From IMG/VR virus record IMGVR_UViG_3300005663_000028, positions 32,001 to 96,000 of that record: a stretch of DNA of 64,000 bases; one strand, 5' to 3'. Shown here piece by piece: positions 29,980 to 37,893 of this stretch. The first letter of the stretch is position 1. Every line of letters begins with the position of its first letter. Made by a program: the position numbers and the translations under genes. The stretch comes from a virus. The notes beneath the pieces are model-generated. The model was not told the DNA's origin, made no database searches, and worked only from the letters and a program-made list of their open reading frames with translations.

Positions 29980-30551
29980 AAACACTAATAAGTGAACAAC
30001 AACTTCAGACCAGAATTACGGAAATGGCTCTTGAGATCGATTCGTATTACATGGCTCAGGAGTGGTATCGGAACACACAAGAGCCAGTGATTGTTGTTGG
30101 TGTATTAACAGGTGCTTTATTTTTCATGGCTGATTTGATTCGGAAATTATCCATTCGTATCGAACTTGATTTTATGAGGGTATCAACGTATCCAGGCAAG
30201 GCAACAGTAGCCCAGAAACCAAAAATTATTACTCCACCAGACAGATCATTGCGAGATGCTCATATATTATTGGTAGATGATATCCTGGATACCGGTAAGA
30301 CAATTAAGGTGGTAAAAAAATGGTTGTCATGGCCAGTTCCTGAAGATATATGGACTTGTGTATTACTACGTAAGCCGGATAAGAATTCTGAAGTAAAAGC
30401 AGATTTTGTGGGGTTTGATGTTCCTGATGAGTTTTTGATAGGATATGGATTGGATCACGACGGAAAATTTAGAGAAATGCCATACGTGGCATTTCTTTCA
30501 GAAGAGGAGATGAGTAATGAATCTTTCGCAAGCAAGAAAGAAGTTAGATGA
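29976..30551 (+). CDS. hpt: hypoxanthine(-guanine) phosphoribosyltransferase
   Basis: VGVLTGALFFMADL, PRPP-binding LLVDDILDTGKT, ADFVGFDVPDEFLIGYGLD. Confidence 0.92.
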   Translation: MKTLISEQQLQTRITEMALEIDSYYMAQEWYRNTQEPVIVVGVLTGALFFMADLIRKLSIRIELDFMRVSTYPGKATVAQKPKIITPPDRSLRDAHILLVDDILDTGKTIKVVKKWLSWPVPEDIWTCVLLRKPDKNSEVKADFVGFDVPDEFLIGYGLDHDGKFREMPYVAFLSEEEMSNESFASKKEVR

Positions 30552-30825
30552 AATTAGTAAATCTACTGGAACTAAACACGTAAAGGTGTTGGTAAGTGAA
30601 CTGTGCAAAGTATTGCACTCAGTACTAAGTGCGATAGAACGTATTGAAAAATCTATGCATCCTTTGCAGACAATTACTTTTCCGAAACAGAACCCAGTGC
30701 CGCCAACTGAGACGGGTCTCCCTACAACAAACCCCATTGATCCACCGTTTACTCCAAGGCCATTTAGGTCTCCACCAATTAAAGACCCATTTGATGCAAG
30801 GCAGCTTGAGGGGGATTCAGAGTAG
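30517..30825 (+). CDS. Pro-rich hypothetical protein
   Basis: Fills gap between hpt and RNA ligase with overlapping start/stop. Confidence 0.5.
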   Translation: MNLSQARKKLDEISKSTGTKHVKVLVSELCKVLHSVLSAIERIEKSMHPLQTITFPKQNPVPPTETGLPTTNPIDPPFTPRPFRSPPIKDPFDARQLEGDSE

Positions 30826-31793
30826 TGTTCAACACGCCGGAACATACATGTGATATTGTCGAGGTACGGCTAGAGCCGCATCCGAATGCCGATAAGCTAA
30901 GTTTGGTCCGGGTCGGCGATTATCAATGTGCGGTGAGAACAACCGATTGGTCCGATGGAGACCTTGCTGTTTTTATTCCTCCGGACAGTGTTGTGCCAGA
31001 CACCAAAGAGTTTGAGTTTTTAGGCAAACACCGTCGCATTAAGGCCCGCAAGCTACGGGGTGAGTGGTCGGTTGGTTTGTTAATTCCGGCACCTGTTGGG
31101 GCTGATCTTGGACAGGACTGTATGGAGATGTTGGGGATAGTTCATTATGAGCCGCAAGTACACGGGCATTTTTCGACGGGTGGAGACAATGTAACACCAC
31201 CAGAAGGATTTTTCCCAAAGTATGATGTATTAAATTTCCGCAAGTACTCCGATCTGTTTGGTGATGGGGAGGAAGTTGTTGTTACCGAAAAAATACACGG
31301 TGCGAATGCACGTTTTGTTTGTGTCAATGATACTATGTATTGCGGTTCTCGTAGCAACTGGAAAAGGATGGACCCCAATAATCTGTGGTGGAAAGTTTTG
31401 GAACGACATCCTGCACTGGAGGCATGGCTACGACACAATTATGGGTGGGGTATTTATGGAGAAGCTTTCGGGCAGGTTCAGAATTTGAAATACGGCGCTG
31501 TACCCGATAATGACATTTTCTTTGCAACTTTCGATATTCTTGATGGAAATAGGTGGATGGACTTTGACGAGGCCCGTAGTGTTGGGGCTCCTCTTCCTTG
31601 GGTTCCATTGGTTTATAGAGGGCCTTTTGATAAAGATAAGATTCTTGCGATGGCAGAAGGGGATAGTTTGTGGCCCGGAGCGAATCATCATCTTGAGGGC
31701 GTGGTCGTAAAACCAGTAAAGGAACGGACTGATCGTCGACTTGGAAGGGTGCAATTGAAGATAGTAGGAAATAAATATCTTTCCAAAAGCTAA
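30825..31793 (+). CDS. RNA ligase, Rnl2/DRB0094-like with N-terminal OB (tRNA-binding-like) domain
   Basis: N-terminal PHPNADKL; nucleotidyltransferase motifs TEKIHGAN, IYGEAFG, FDI, EGVVVKP, QLK. Confidence 0.9.
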   Translation: MFNTPEHTCDIVEVRLEPHPNADKLSLVRVGDYQCAVRTTDWSDGDLAVFIPPDSVVPDTKEFEFLGKHRRIKARKLRGEWSVGLLIPAPVGADLGQDCMEMLGIVHYEPQVHGHFSTGGDNVTPPEGFFPKYDVLNFRKYSDLFGDGEEVVVTEKIHGANARFVCVNDTMYCGSRSNWKRMDPNNLWWKVLERHPALEAWLRHNYGWGIYGEAFGQVQNLKYGAVPDNDIFFATFDILDGNRWMDFDEARSVGAPLPWVPLVYRGPFDKDKILAMAEGDSLWPGANHHLEGVVVKPVKERTDRRLGRVQLKIVGNKYLSKS

Positions 31794-31814
31794 GGTATCG
31801 GACAAGCCGATCCC
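31791..31814 (+). repeat. bulged-hairpin element copy 2
   Basis: TAAGGTATCGG-ACAAG-CCGATCCC overlapping the RNA ligase stop. Confidence 0.7.
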
Positions 31815-31833
31815 ATGGAGGAGAAGCACAGAC

Positions 31834-31995
31834 ATGTGGTGTAGCAGAGAAAAAAGACAAAAACGGAAAAGAGCTATTCGCGAAAAAGCACTTAAGAACT
31901 TATCTTCGGAGCAATTTGGCGAACTAGCAGGTTATCTATATAAAGAGGGGTTGATAGGGTTAGACCTTAAGCCCATAAAACAAAGAAAGGAATAA
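31834..31995 (+). CDS. 53-aa basic hypothetical protein
   Basis: RBS GGAGGAG; MWCSREKRQKRKRAIRE...; below track cutoff. Confidence 0.45.
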   Translation: MWCSREKRQKRKRAIREKALKNLSSEQFGELAGYLYKEGLIGLDLKPIKQRKE

Positions 31996-31998
31996 ATA

Positions 31999-32445
31999 AT
32001 GCCATACATTAAAGAAGAAGAACGAGAAAAGTACGATCACCTAATAGATAAGCTAGCCGTTATTTTCAACGGTCTAGATGGTAATGATGAATTAAGCGGT
32101 GATCTCAACTATGTTATTTTTCGTCTAGCTTATCTTCTGACCCACACTCAAACGGGTGGAAAACGCAAGTACGCCAGAATGGCCGTGGTCCTATCAGCCC
32201 TGAACGAAGCTGGGGAAGAATTTCGGCGGCGAATTATGGGTCCATATGAAGATGAGGCAATAACCAAAAACGGGGATGTGCAGTTGAAGCCGCAACATCA
32301 GTTATTAAAGCCATCCAGCGTTCAGTGGTGTCCTAATTGTCCTGGGGGAAAGATCGTACAAGACCCTCACTGGCTAGGCCGTCTCCTTTGTTGGAAATGT
32401 CGATCTAATTGGGGTAAAGAAGAAAAAATAGAAGGAATAAATTGA
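31999..32445 (+). CDS. conserved phage hypothetical (MPYIK...GDLNY...YEDEAITKNGDV) with C-terminal zinc ribbon
   Basis: Recognisable phage motif plus CPNC...CWKC tail. Confidence 0.6.
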   Translation: MPYIKEEEREKYDHLIDKLAVIFNGLDGNDELSGDLNYVIFRLAYLLTHTQTGGKRKYARMAVVLSALNEAGEEFRRRIMGPYEDEAITKNGDVQLKPQHQLLKPSSVQWCPNCPGGKIVQDPHWLGRLLCWKCRSNWGKEEKIEGIN

Positions 32446-32458
32446 TAAGGAGAAAGTT

Positions 32459-32758
32459 ATGTTGAGAGTAACAATTGGTGAAGATGAGTTTCAAGTTTGG
32501 TTTTCACATCCAGTTCAAAAACCATTTGAAATTGAAGGGTTAACTGGACGTATAGTTGATGATGATCGTAGATGTACGATAGTACAAATCAGGCAAAACG
32601 GAGCTTTTGGAAGTCAAGGGGTCGCTGTTTGTAATCCCAATGACAATTTTCGCAAGGCAACTGGAAGAAAAATAGCACTTGCTGACGCCATGTGGGATTT
32701 TAATAAGGACGAACGAATAGCGATATGGAATGAATATCATAAACATTGTAGTCTCTAA
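32459..32758 (+). CDS. small conserved phage protein (GxAxCxxxDNFxKxxGRKIAL)
   Basis: Motif GVAVCNPNDNFRKATGRKIALADA; RBS AAGGAG. Confidence 0.55.
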   Translation: MLRVTIGEDEFQVWFSHPVQKPFEIEGLTGRIVDDDRRCTIVQIRQNGAFGSQGVAVCNPNDNFRKATGRKIALADAMWDFNKDERIAIWNEYHKHCSL

Positions 32759-32769
32759 GGGGAAATAAG

Positions 32770-33897
32770 GTGGGATACAGATATTGTGTTTTTGGGGCCG
32801 GTCGTCAGGGCACTGCCGTCATTTATGACTTGGTGAAATTCTGTGAAGCCGATTGGGTGGTTGTTTATGAACCGAGCGACAGGTCTCGTCGACTGGCACA
32901 TGAAAAACTTAACAGCCTACTGGAAGATGACTACGACAAGGTTCTTTGGGTATCAACGCTAGATGATAGACGAACACCAAAAATAGACTGGAAATCGTTC
33001 GATGTCATGATCAGTTGTGCTCCATGGAAGGAAAATCTCGGTTTGACGGAATTTGCAGTTCGGTGGAATACACCATTTTGTGACCTGGGAGGACATCCTG
33101 AAACCGTAGCTAGACAAGAAAATGTTATCACGGACACAGCGATCGTTCCAGATTGTGGGTTGTCTCCTGGTATCTCGAATATTCTGGCAGTTCATCTGGC
33201 AAAGCTCGGGTACGATAACATACAGGTGAGGTGTGGAGGTATTCCCATGGGGAATACTTCTGTTGGTGAATTTAACCAGGGTCTATGTTATCGCTTAACT
33301 TTTGATCCGACGGGACTAATTAGTGAGTATAGTGGTCGTGTACCTATAATAATCAGTGGTGAATTAAAGTATATTGAGTCGTTGTCAACAATAGAGCTAT
33401 ACAAAGATGGAAGATATGAGTGTGCTCCTACCTCGAACAACTCTCCCCAGGTTGTTCAGACTCTTTTGGATTTGGGTGTAAAGTACTATAACTACATGAC
33501 TATTAGACATAAGGGGCACTGGAATTTGGTGAAGGGATGGAAGGCTGCTGGTTTTTTAAGTGGTAATAAGAAAGCAGATGCGTATTTGGTCGAAGTTTTG
33601 GGTGAAAACCCACTTTTGAAGTATGATCCTGAAAAACATGTTGATAAGGTGTTATTGAATATATCTGGTACACGGGGCGAAAATTCGCTTAAACAAACTG
33701 GGGGTTTTGATTTTCTTGTTCTCGCCGATCCAGAAACAAAGTTCTCAGCAATGGAACAAATGACGTCTTGGGGTATAACTATGGTAGCTCATTATATGGC
33801 TACTAGAAATGGTACACCCAATAAATTTGCAACACCAGAACGGTTTGTCTCAGGGGATTGGATTTTAGAAGGATTGAACAAACGATTGCCATCGTAG
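32770..33897 (+). CDS. saccharopine dehydrogenase / lysine 6-dehydrogenase family oxidoreductase
   Basis: Rossmann VFGAGRQG, DLGG, DCGLSPGISN, RCGGIP, LTFDPTGLISEYSG. Confidence 0.8.
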   Translation: MGYRYCVFGAGRQGTAVIYDLVKFCEADWVVVYEPSDRSRRLAHEKLNSLLEDDYDKVLWVSTLDDRRTPKIDWKSFDVMISCAPWKENLGLTEFAVRWNTPFCDLGGHPETVARQENVITDTAIVPDCGLSPGISNILAVHLAKLGYDNIQVRCGGIPMGNTSVGEFNQGLCYRLTFDPTGLISEYSGRVPIIISGELKYIESLSTIELYKDGRYECAPTSNNSPQVVQTLLDLGVKYYNYMTIRHKGHWNLVKGWKAAGFLSGNKKADAYLVEVLGENPLLKYDPEKHVDKVLLNISGTRGENSLKQTGGFDFLVLADPETKFSAMEQMTSWGITMVAHYMATRNGTPNKFATPERFVSGDWILEGLNKRLPS

Positions 33898-33913
33898 AAA
33901 TTAAACAACTTGT

Positions 33914-33985
33914 GCCCGCTAAGCATAGATAGCGATGCGCTGGTTTTGTAAATCAGGGAGGTTGGTGCATGTCCGACAGTGGGCT
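33914..33985 (+). tRNA. tRNA-Thr(UGU), non-canonical D and T loops
   Basis: Acceptor GCCCGCT/AGTGGGC; anticodon arm CTGGT-TTTGTAA-ATCAG; T arm GTTGG-TGCATGT-CCGAC. Confidence 0.7.
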
Positions 33986-34001
33986 TAGTGGAAAAGAGGC
34001 T

Positions 34002-34574
34002 ATGAGAGCCGCAGCTATTCGTGGCAACGAGACACGAAGAGTACGTAATAGAAATAATTATGCAATGAACCTAAAATTTTGTGCTCATTGTGATCGGCAA
34101 TTGGCTTACACCAAACGACACAATCGTTTCTGTAATCACTCGTGTGCCGCTTCTGCGAATAACTTAGGTGTGACACGACACAGTAAGTACATCAAAAGGC
34201 CGTGTGATCTATGTGGAGAAATAACTAGAAACCCAAAATTTTGTTCTACGAGGTGTTGTTGTGACTACATAAAGAAGTTGGCGAAACCGAATATTACAAT
34301 AAATGGGTGTTTTTTGACATCGCTTGCTGCTAAAAGGTATTTATTGAGAATTTATGGCAATACCTGTTCTGTGTGCGGCTTATCAGAGTGGAATAATAAA
34401 CCAATGTCGATATGTATTGATCATATAGATGGGAATTATCAGAACCACAGTATCGCAAATGTTAGGTTGATTTGTCCAAATTGTGACGCGCAAACGGATA
34501 CGTATAAGGGGAGGAATCGAGGCAATGGACGACATGCTCGTATGGAACGATATCACAAGGGGTTGAGTTACTGA
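34002..34574 (+). mobile_element. HNH endonuclease
   Basis: CSVCGLSEWN...IDHIDGN...NVRLICPNCDAQT; start moved to ATG 34002 because the track start lies inside the tRNA. Confidence 0.85.
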
Positions 34575-34590
34575 AAGTTGAGGTGAAAAA

Positions 34591-34764
34591 ATGTTTGTTT
34601 TATTGCTGTCTATATTTGGAGTTTGGATGTTTATGTCTTTATTGGCCCTGGCGTCAGACGTTAGAGATGGACTTGGAGACGGAAGATTTATCTGGTTGTT
34701 TGGTTATCCAGGGGATCGGTTATATGAATTATCTAAAAAACTCTTCATTGTTAGAAATAGATAA
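34591..34764 (+). CDS. 57-aa membrane protein
   Basis: RBS GAGGTG; MFVLLLSIFGVWMFMSLLALASD...; TAATG coupling to next gene. Confidence 0.55.
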   Translation: MFVLLLSIFGVWMFMSLLALASDVRDGLGDGRFIWLFGYPGDRLYELSKKLFIVRNR

Positions 34765-35147
34765 TGCTTGTTTTTATTCTAGAAGATGATCCTGTACGCA
34801 TGGAGAAATTCATCAGAGAATTATCGTGTGATGAAATACATCATGTAGAAACAGTAGACGCTGGAAAAGAACTGTTATTAAAGAATAAATACGATCTTCT
34901 TTTACTAGATCATGATTTGGGTGGAGAACAAATGGTAGACTCGTGGAAACAGAATACTGGTTATCAACTTGCCAAGTTTATTCCAAAAACACAAAATAAA
35001 GATACACCATGTATTACACATACCTGTAATCCTGCTGGGGCAGACAATATTTTGAGTGTACTTCCACACGCAATTAAAGTACCATTTCCGTCACTCAATA
35101 TCGCCGCTATTGGTGAATTTGTAGAACAACACAAACAAGGGATGTAA
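34764..35147 (+). CDS. stand-alone receiver-like domain (cyclic-phosphate-processing receiver type)
   Basis: FILEDD...LLLLDHDLG...TGYQLAKFI...THTCNPAG. Confidence 0.7.
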   Translation: MLVFILEDDPVRMEKFIRELSCDEIHHVETVDAGKELLLKNKYDLLLLDHDLGGEQMVDSWKQNTGYQLAKFIPKTQNKDTPCITHTCNPAGADNILSVLPHAIKVPFPSLNIAAIGEFVEQHKQGM

Positions 35148-35150
35148 AAC

Positions 35151-35411
35151 ATGGGTCAAAGTCAAAAAAAGAAAAAACAAAAACGTAAAGAACAAAAGAG
35201 GGAAGTGGTGGAAATACCAGTTATTGGCCCTATTGATCAAGAAATATTAGATTCAATAGGTAATCCAAATGCTTGGACTCCAAAAATTGAAGATACTTGG
35301 ATCAGGGAACTTCGGAAATTGTCTGGGTATGAAATTTATAGCAGATTTCCGCCGATGCGAAAACCTCCGAATGTTCGTACAAGAGGTAATAGTTCTGGAT
35401 GGGGAGGATAG
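35151..35411 (+). CDS. basic hypothetical protein
   Basis: Co-oriented; RBS AAGGG. Confidence 0.45.
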   Translation: MGQSQKKKKQKRKEQKREVVEIPVIGPIDQEILDSIGNPNAWTPKIEDTWIRELRKLSGYEIYSRFPPMRKPPNVRTRGNSSGWGG

Positions 35412-35413
35412 TC

Positions 35414-35608
35414 ATGTATAGAGTTTTGTTGATTATTTGTTTGGTATTGGGTTGTTGTGGGTGTAATTTACTTGAAATCGCTACGAGTGATATCAATGGT
35501 TGGGACATGAGTGCATGTGTGTCCGGTTTCGATACATGTTGGGAACTCTGGAGTGATAATGCCGATAAATTCGAAGGAGGGTTCGTAGATGCTCTGGAAG
35601 GGCTCTAG
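35414..35608 (+). CDS. putative lipoprotein
   Basis: RBS GGAGG; signal-like MYRVLLIICLVLGCCGC. Confidence 0.5.
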   Translation: MYRVLLIICLVLGCCGCNLLEIATSDINGWDMSACVSGFDTCWELWSDNADKFEGGFVDALEGL

Positions 35609-35637
35609 GAATCGTTGTCGTAGCCTGTGTTGCCTTT

Positions 35638-35925
35638 TTGTGTCTAGCTAAGGGTCGAGAGACCCCCGAATCCGTAAGGAGGCTTAAAATAGATACGTTA
35701 AAAGTAGAACTGGAATATTTCGAGCAACACCGAAAAGAGTGGTGTAAGCACCATTTAGGTAAAGTTGCTGTAATTAGCGGAACCATCTTGCATGGTTTTT
35801 ACGATACCTGTGAAGCGGCTTTAGAGGTGGGGTATGATAAGTGTGGTGTTGACCAACCCTTTCTCATTAAAGAGGTGCGTATTAAAGATAAAGTAGTACT
35901 TATTACTCGTCTTCTGGGGTTTTAA
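35638..35925 (+). CDS. DUF5678-like small protein
   Basis: ELEYFEQHRKEW...GKVAVI...GFYDT...A...GY...PFLIKEV. Confidence 0.5.
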   Translation: MCLAKGRETPESVRRLKIDTLKVELEYFEQHRKEWCKHHLGKVAVISGTILHGFYDTCEAALEVGYDKCGVDQPFLIKEVRIKDKVVLITRLLGF

Positions 35926-36467
35926 TGAGTACAAAAAATACCCATAGACAAAAATACCCTCATTTTGGCAAGAAGGGTGATAGTCCACACAAACATTATT
36001 CAAATAGAGCAGAGATAATCAAAAAGAAGGGTGGAGATATGCCAAATGAGGTTTTCGAATCTGATGGGGGTCAAATACAAAAACACGCAGAAAATCCTAG
36101 TTGGGAATTTGACGACAGCGATTTAATAAAGATGTATTATTGGCGAGATCGATGTCGTCTAGCAGAAAAATTGATACAACACGTTTTAACTAGAAAAGAT
36201 GTTGGTAGGGCGTTACATATACACGGCCTTGAAGAAAAACTTAGGAAACTACAAGAGGAAATGACTCATCAAAGAATTGCCGCAGAGGTCCGAAATAAAC
36301 AGCTTAAAGCTGCCAATATGATTGTGTGTTGTACTGGAGGTTGTGAAGGTGGAATTATCGGGTCTTCAGATAAGGTAGAAGAGGAGTTAGTCGTCGAAGT
36401 CGAGCGCACAGCCAAGAGATTGAGGCAATGGTGGGAAAATCGTAAGCACCGATTGTCTCAAGAATAG
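35925..36467 (+). CDS. hypothetical coiled-coil protein
   Basis: TAATG-coupled to upstream ORF; followed by terminator. Confidence 0.5.
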   Translation: MSTKNTHRQKYPHFGKKGDSPHKHYSNRAEIIKKKGGDMPNEVFESDGGQIQKHAENPSWEFDDSDLIKMYYWRDRCRLAEKLIQHVLTRKDVGRALHIHGLEEKLRKLQEEMTHQRIAAEVRNKQLKAANMIVCCTGGCEGGIIGSSDKVEEELVVEVERTAKRLRQWWENRKHRLSQE

Positions 36468-36495
36468 CTTGCCTGCCATGTGTAGGTGGAGTAAC

Positions 36496-36527
36496 AGTGT
36501 CGTTTTCGGACGACACTAGATTTTTTT
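36496..36527 (+). terminator. intrinsic terminator
   Basis: AGTGTCGTT-TTCG-GACGACACT followed by T7. Confidence 0.75.
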
Positions 36528-36563
36528 ATTTTTTTGGGACAAAATGGTGAGTTAGGGGTATAA

Positions 36564-36599
36564 TAAGGTATCGAGGTATCGGGGAGTACCACCGATCCC
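36564..36599 (+). repeat. bulged-hairpin element copy 3, just after a TATAAT box
   Basis: TAAGGTATCG-AGGTATCGG-GGAGTACCA-CCGATCCC. Confidence 0.65.
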
Positions 36600-36605
36600 G
36601 ATTAT

Positions 36606-36677
36606 GGTTTTGGTAGCTCAGTTTGGTAGAGCAACGGGTCGCACCTGTGGTCGTTGGTTCAAATCCAACCCAAACCA
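36606..36677 (+). pseudogene. tRNA-like element with shortened anticodon arm
   Basis: Canonical TAGCTCAGTTTGGTAGAGC D arm and GTTGG-TTCAAAT-CCAAC T arm; anticodon arm only 15 nt; acceptor has a bulge. Confidence 0.6.
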
Positions 36678-36755
36678 TTTGTTGTCTGCCAGGGGCAGGG
36701 AATCCATAAAGGCTTGGCCACGGAGCCGTATCTGTGGTGATTTGGGGAATAATCA

Positions 36756-36896
36756 ATGAAAAGTTTGTGTACACAATTAAGTGACAAGGATGCTCAGATA
36801 TTTCTGGAGATGTTGCAGGATGATTCTGAACCCAACGAGGCACTTAAAGCCGCTGCGATACGGTACGTATCGCCATTTGGTGGTGATGCGGGCTAG
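36756..36896 (+). CDS. 46-aa TacA/DUF1778 antitoxin C-terminal-like peptide
   Basis: RBS GGGGA; LSDKDAQIFLEMLQDDSEPNEALKAAA; below track cutoff. Confidence 0.6.
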   Translation: MKSLCTQLSDKDAQIFLEMLQDDSEPNEALKAAAIRYVSPFGGDAG

Positions 36897-36970
36897 GGTT
36901 TATTCTTTTAATTAAGATTGGACTTTGGCTCGTGGGAGACTGCGGATCTTTTTTTGTTAGATATAGGACT

Positions 36971-37609
36971 ATGAAAACAACAACAGTTAATATTCGTCGT
37001 AGTGAATATGATGTATATATCGGCCGTGCTGGGCATGGCCACGATGGTATTTTCGGCAATCCATTCAGTGGTATCCGAGACGGTGGACGCGAGAAAGCAA
37101 TTGCGTTATACCGAAAATACTTTTTGGAACGATTAAAAAATGATCAAGAATTTGTTGCACAGGTAGAAAAATTAAAGGGTAAGCGGCTTGGTTGTTTCTG
37201 TAAACCAAAGGCTTGTCATGGGGATGTGATAGTTGAGTATTTGGAGAAACCAATGAAAGTGGTGATATGTGGAGATCGTAATTGGTCGGATGAATCTATT
37301 ATTTGTGAAAGATTACATAAACTTCCTTCCGATACTATCATTATCCAGGGGGAGTGTGACGGTGCAGATACTTTAGCCGGGGATCTTGCTAGGGAAATAG
37401 GACTTGATGTTGTCGGGTTCTATGCCAATTGGACTAGGCACGGTAAGGCTGCTGGGCCAATCAGAAATATTAGGATGTTGAATACGAAACCGTCTTTGGT
37501 AATTGCATTCCATAATGATTTGAGTAAGTCTAAGGGGACTAAGCACATAGTCAATGAAGCAAGGAAACGAGGAATTGAAGTGGAGGTTATTGAAGATAAT
37601 GTTGAATGA
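36971..37609 (+). CDS. DUF4326 + SLOG (DUF2493/YspA-like) fusion
   Basis: YIGR...FGNPF...LKGKRLGCFCKPKACHGDV, then VVICGDR...QGECDGAD...HGKAAGPIRN...KGT. Confidence 0.75.
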   Translation: MKTTTVNIRRSEYDVYIGRAGHGHDGIFGNPFSGIRDGGREKAIALYRKYFLERLKNDQEFVAQVEKLKGKRLGCFCKPKACHGDVIVEYLEKPMKVVICGDRNWSDESIICERLHKLPSDTIIIQGECDGADTLAGDLAREIGLDVVGFYANWTRHGKAAGPIRNIRMLNTKPSLVIAFHNDLSKSKGTKHIVNEARKRGIEVEVIEDNVE

Positions 37610-37874
37610 AATAATTGATTTTTTGAACGAAGCCGTAAAGCAAGATAGTGAATCTGTCGACAATGTGTTTCGAAAGATAAGTGTTCCCGCTACTCAAGAA
37701 ATGATTGAACACCCAACTATTGTAGTTACAATGGATGGTAAGTTAAGGTTAATTGGATTAATAAATGGTTTTATGGAGGAGGGTGGTAATCGCCTAGCTA
37801 TGACAATTGATGATGAAACGGGTAAGATCACTGGATTCTGCGCCGTAACATCACAAGAACTGGGATTAGGATAG
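37554..37874 (+). CDS. hypothetical protein
   Basis: Likely start ATG 37599; phage-type GLINGF motif. Confidence 0.5.
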   Translation: MKQGNEELKWRLLKIMLNEIIDFLNEAVKQDSESVDNVFRKISVPATQEMIEHPTIVVTMDGKLRLIGLINGFMEEGGNRLAMTIDDETGKITGFCAVTSQELGLG

Positions 37875-37893
37875 ATCATGGAAAGAAAGGTGG

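Noticed and set aside
34583-34789. 68-aa track ORF
   Set aside because: The alternate-frame ORF 34591..34764 has the better RBS spacing, a TM segment and TAATG coupling
36685-36745. Two small hairpins after the tRNA-like element as a riboswitch
   Set aside because: No match to any riboswitch consensus I recognise
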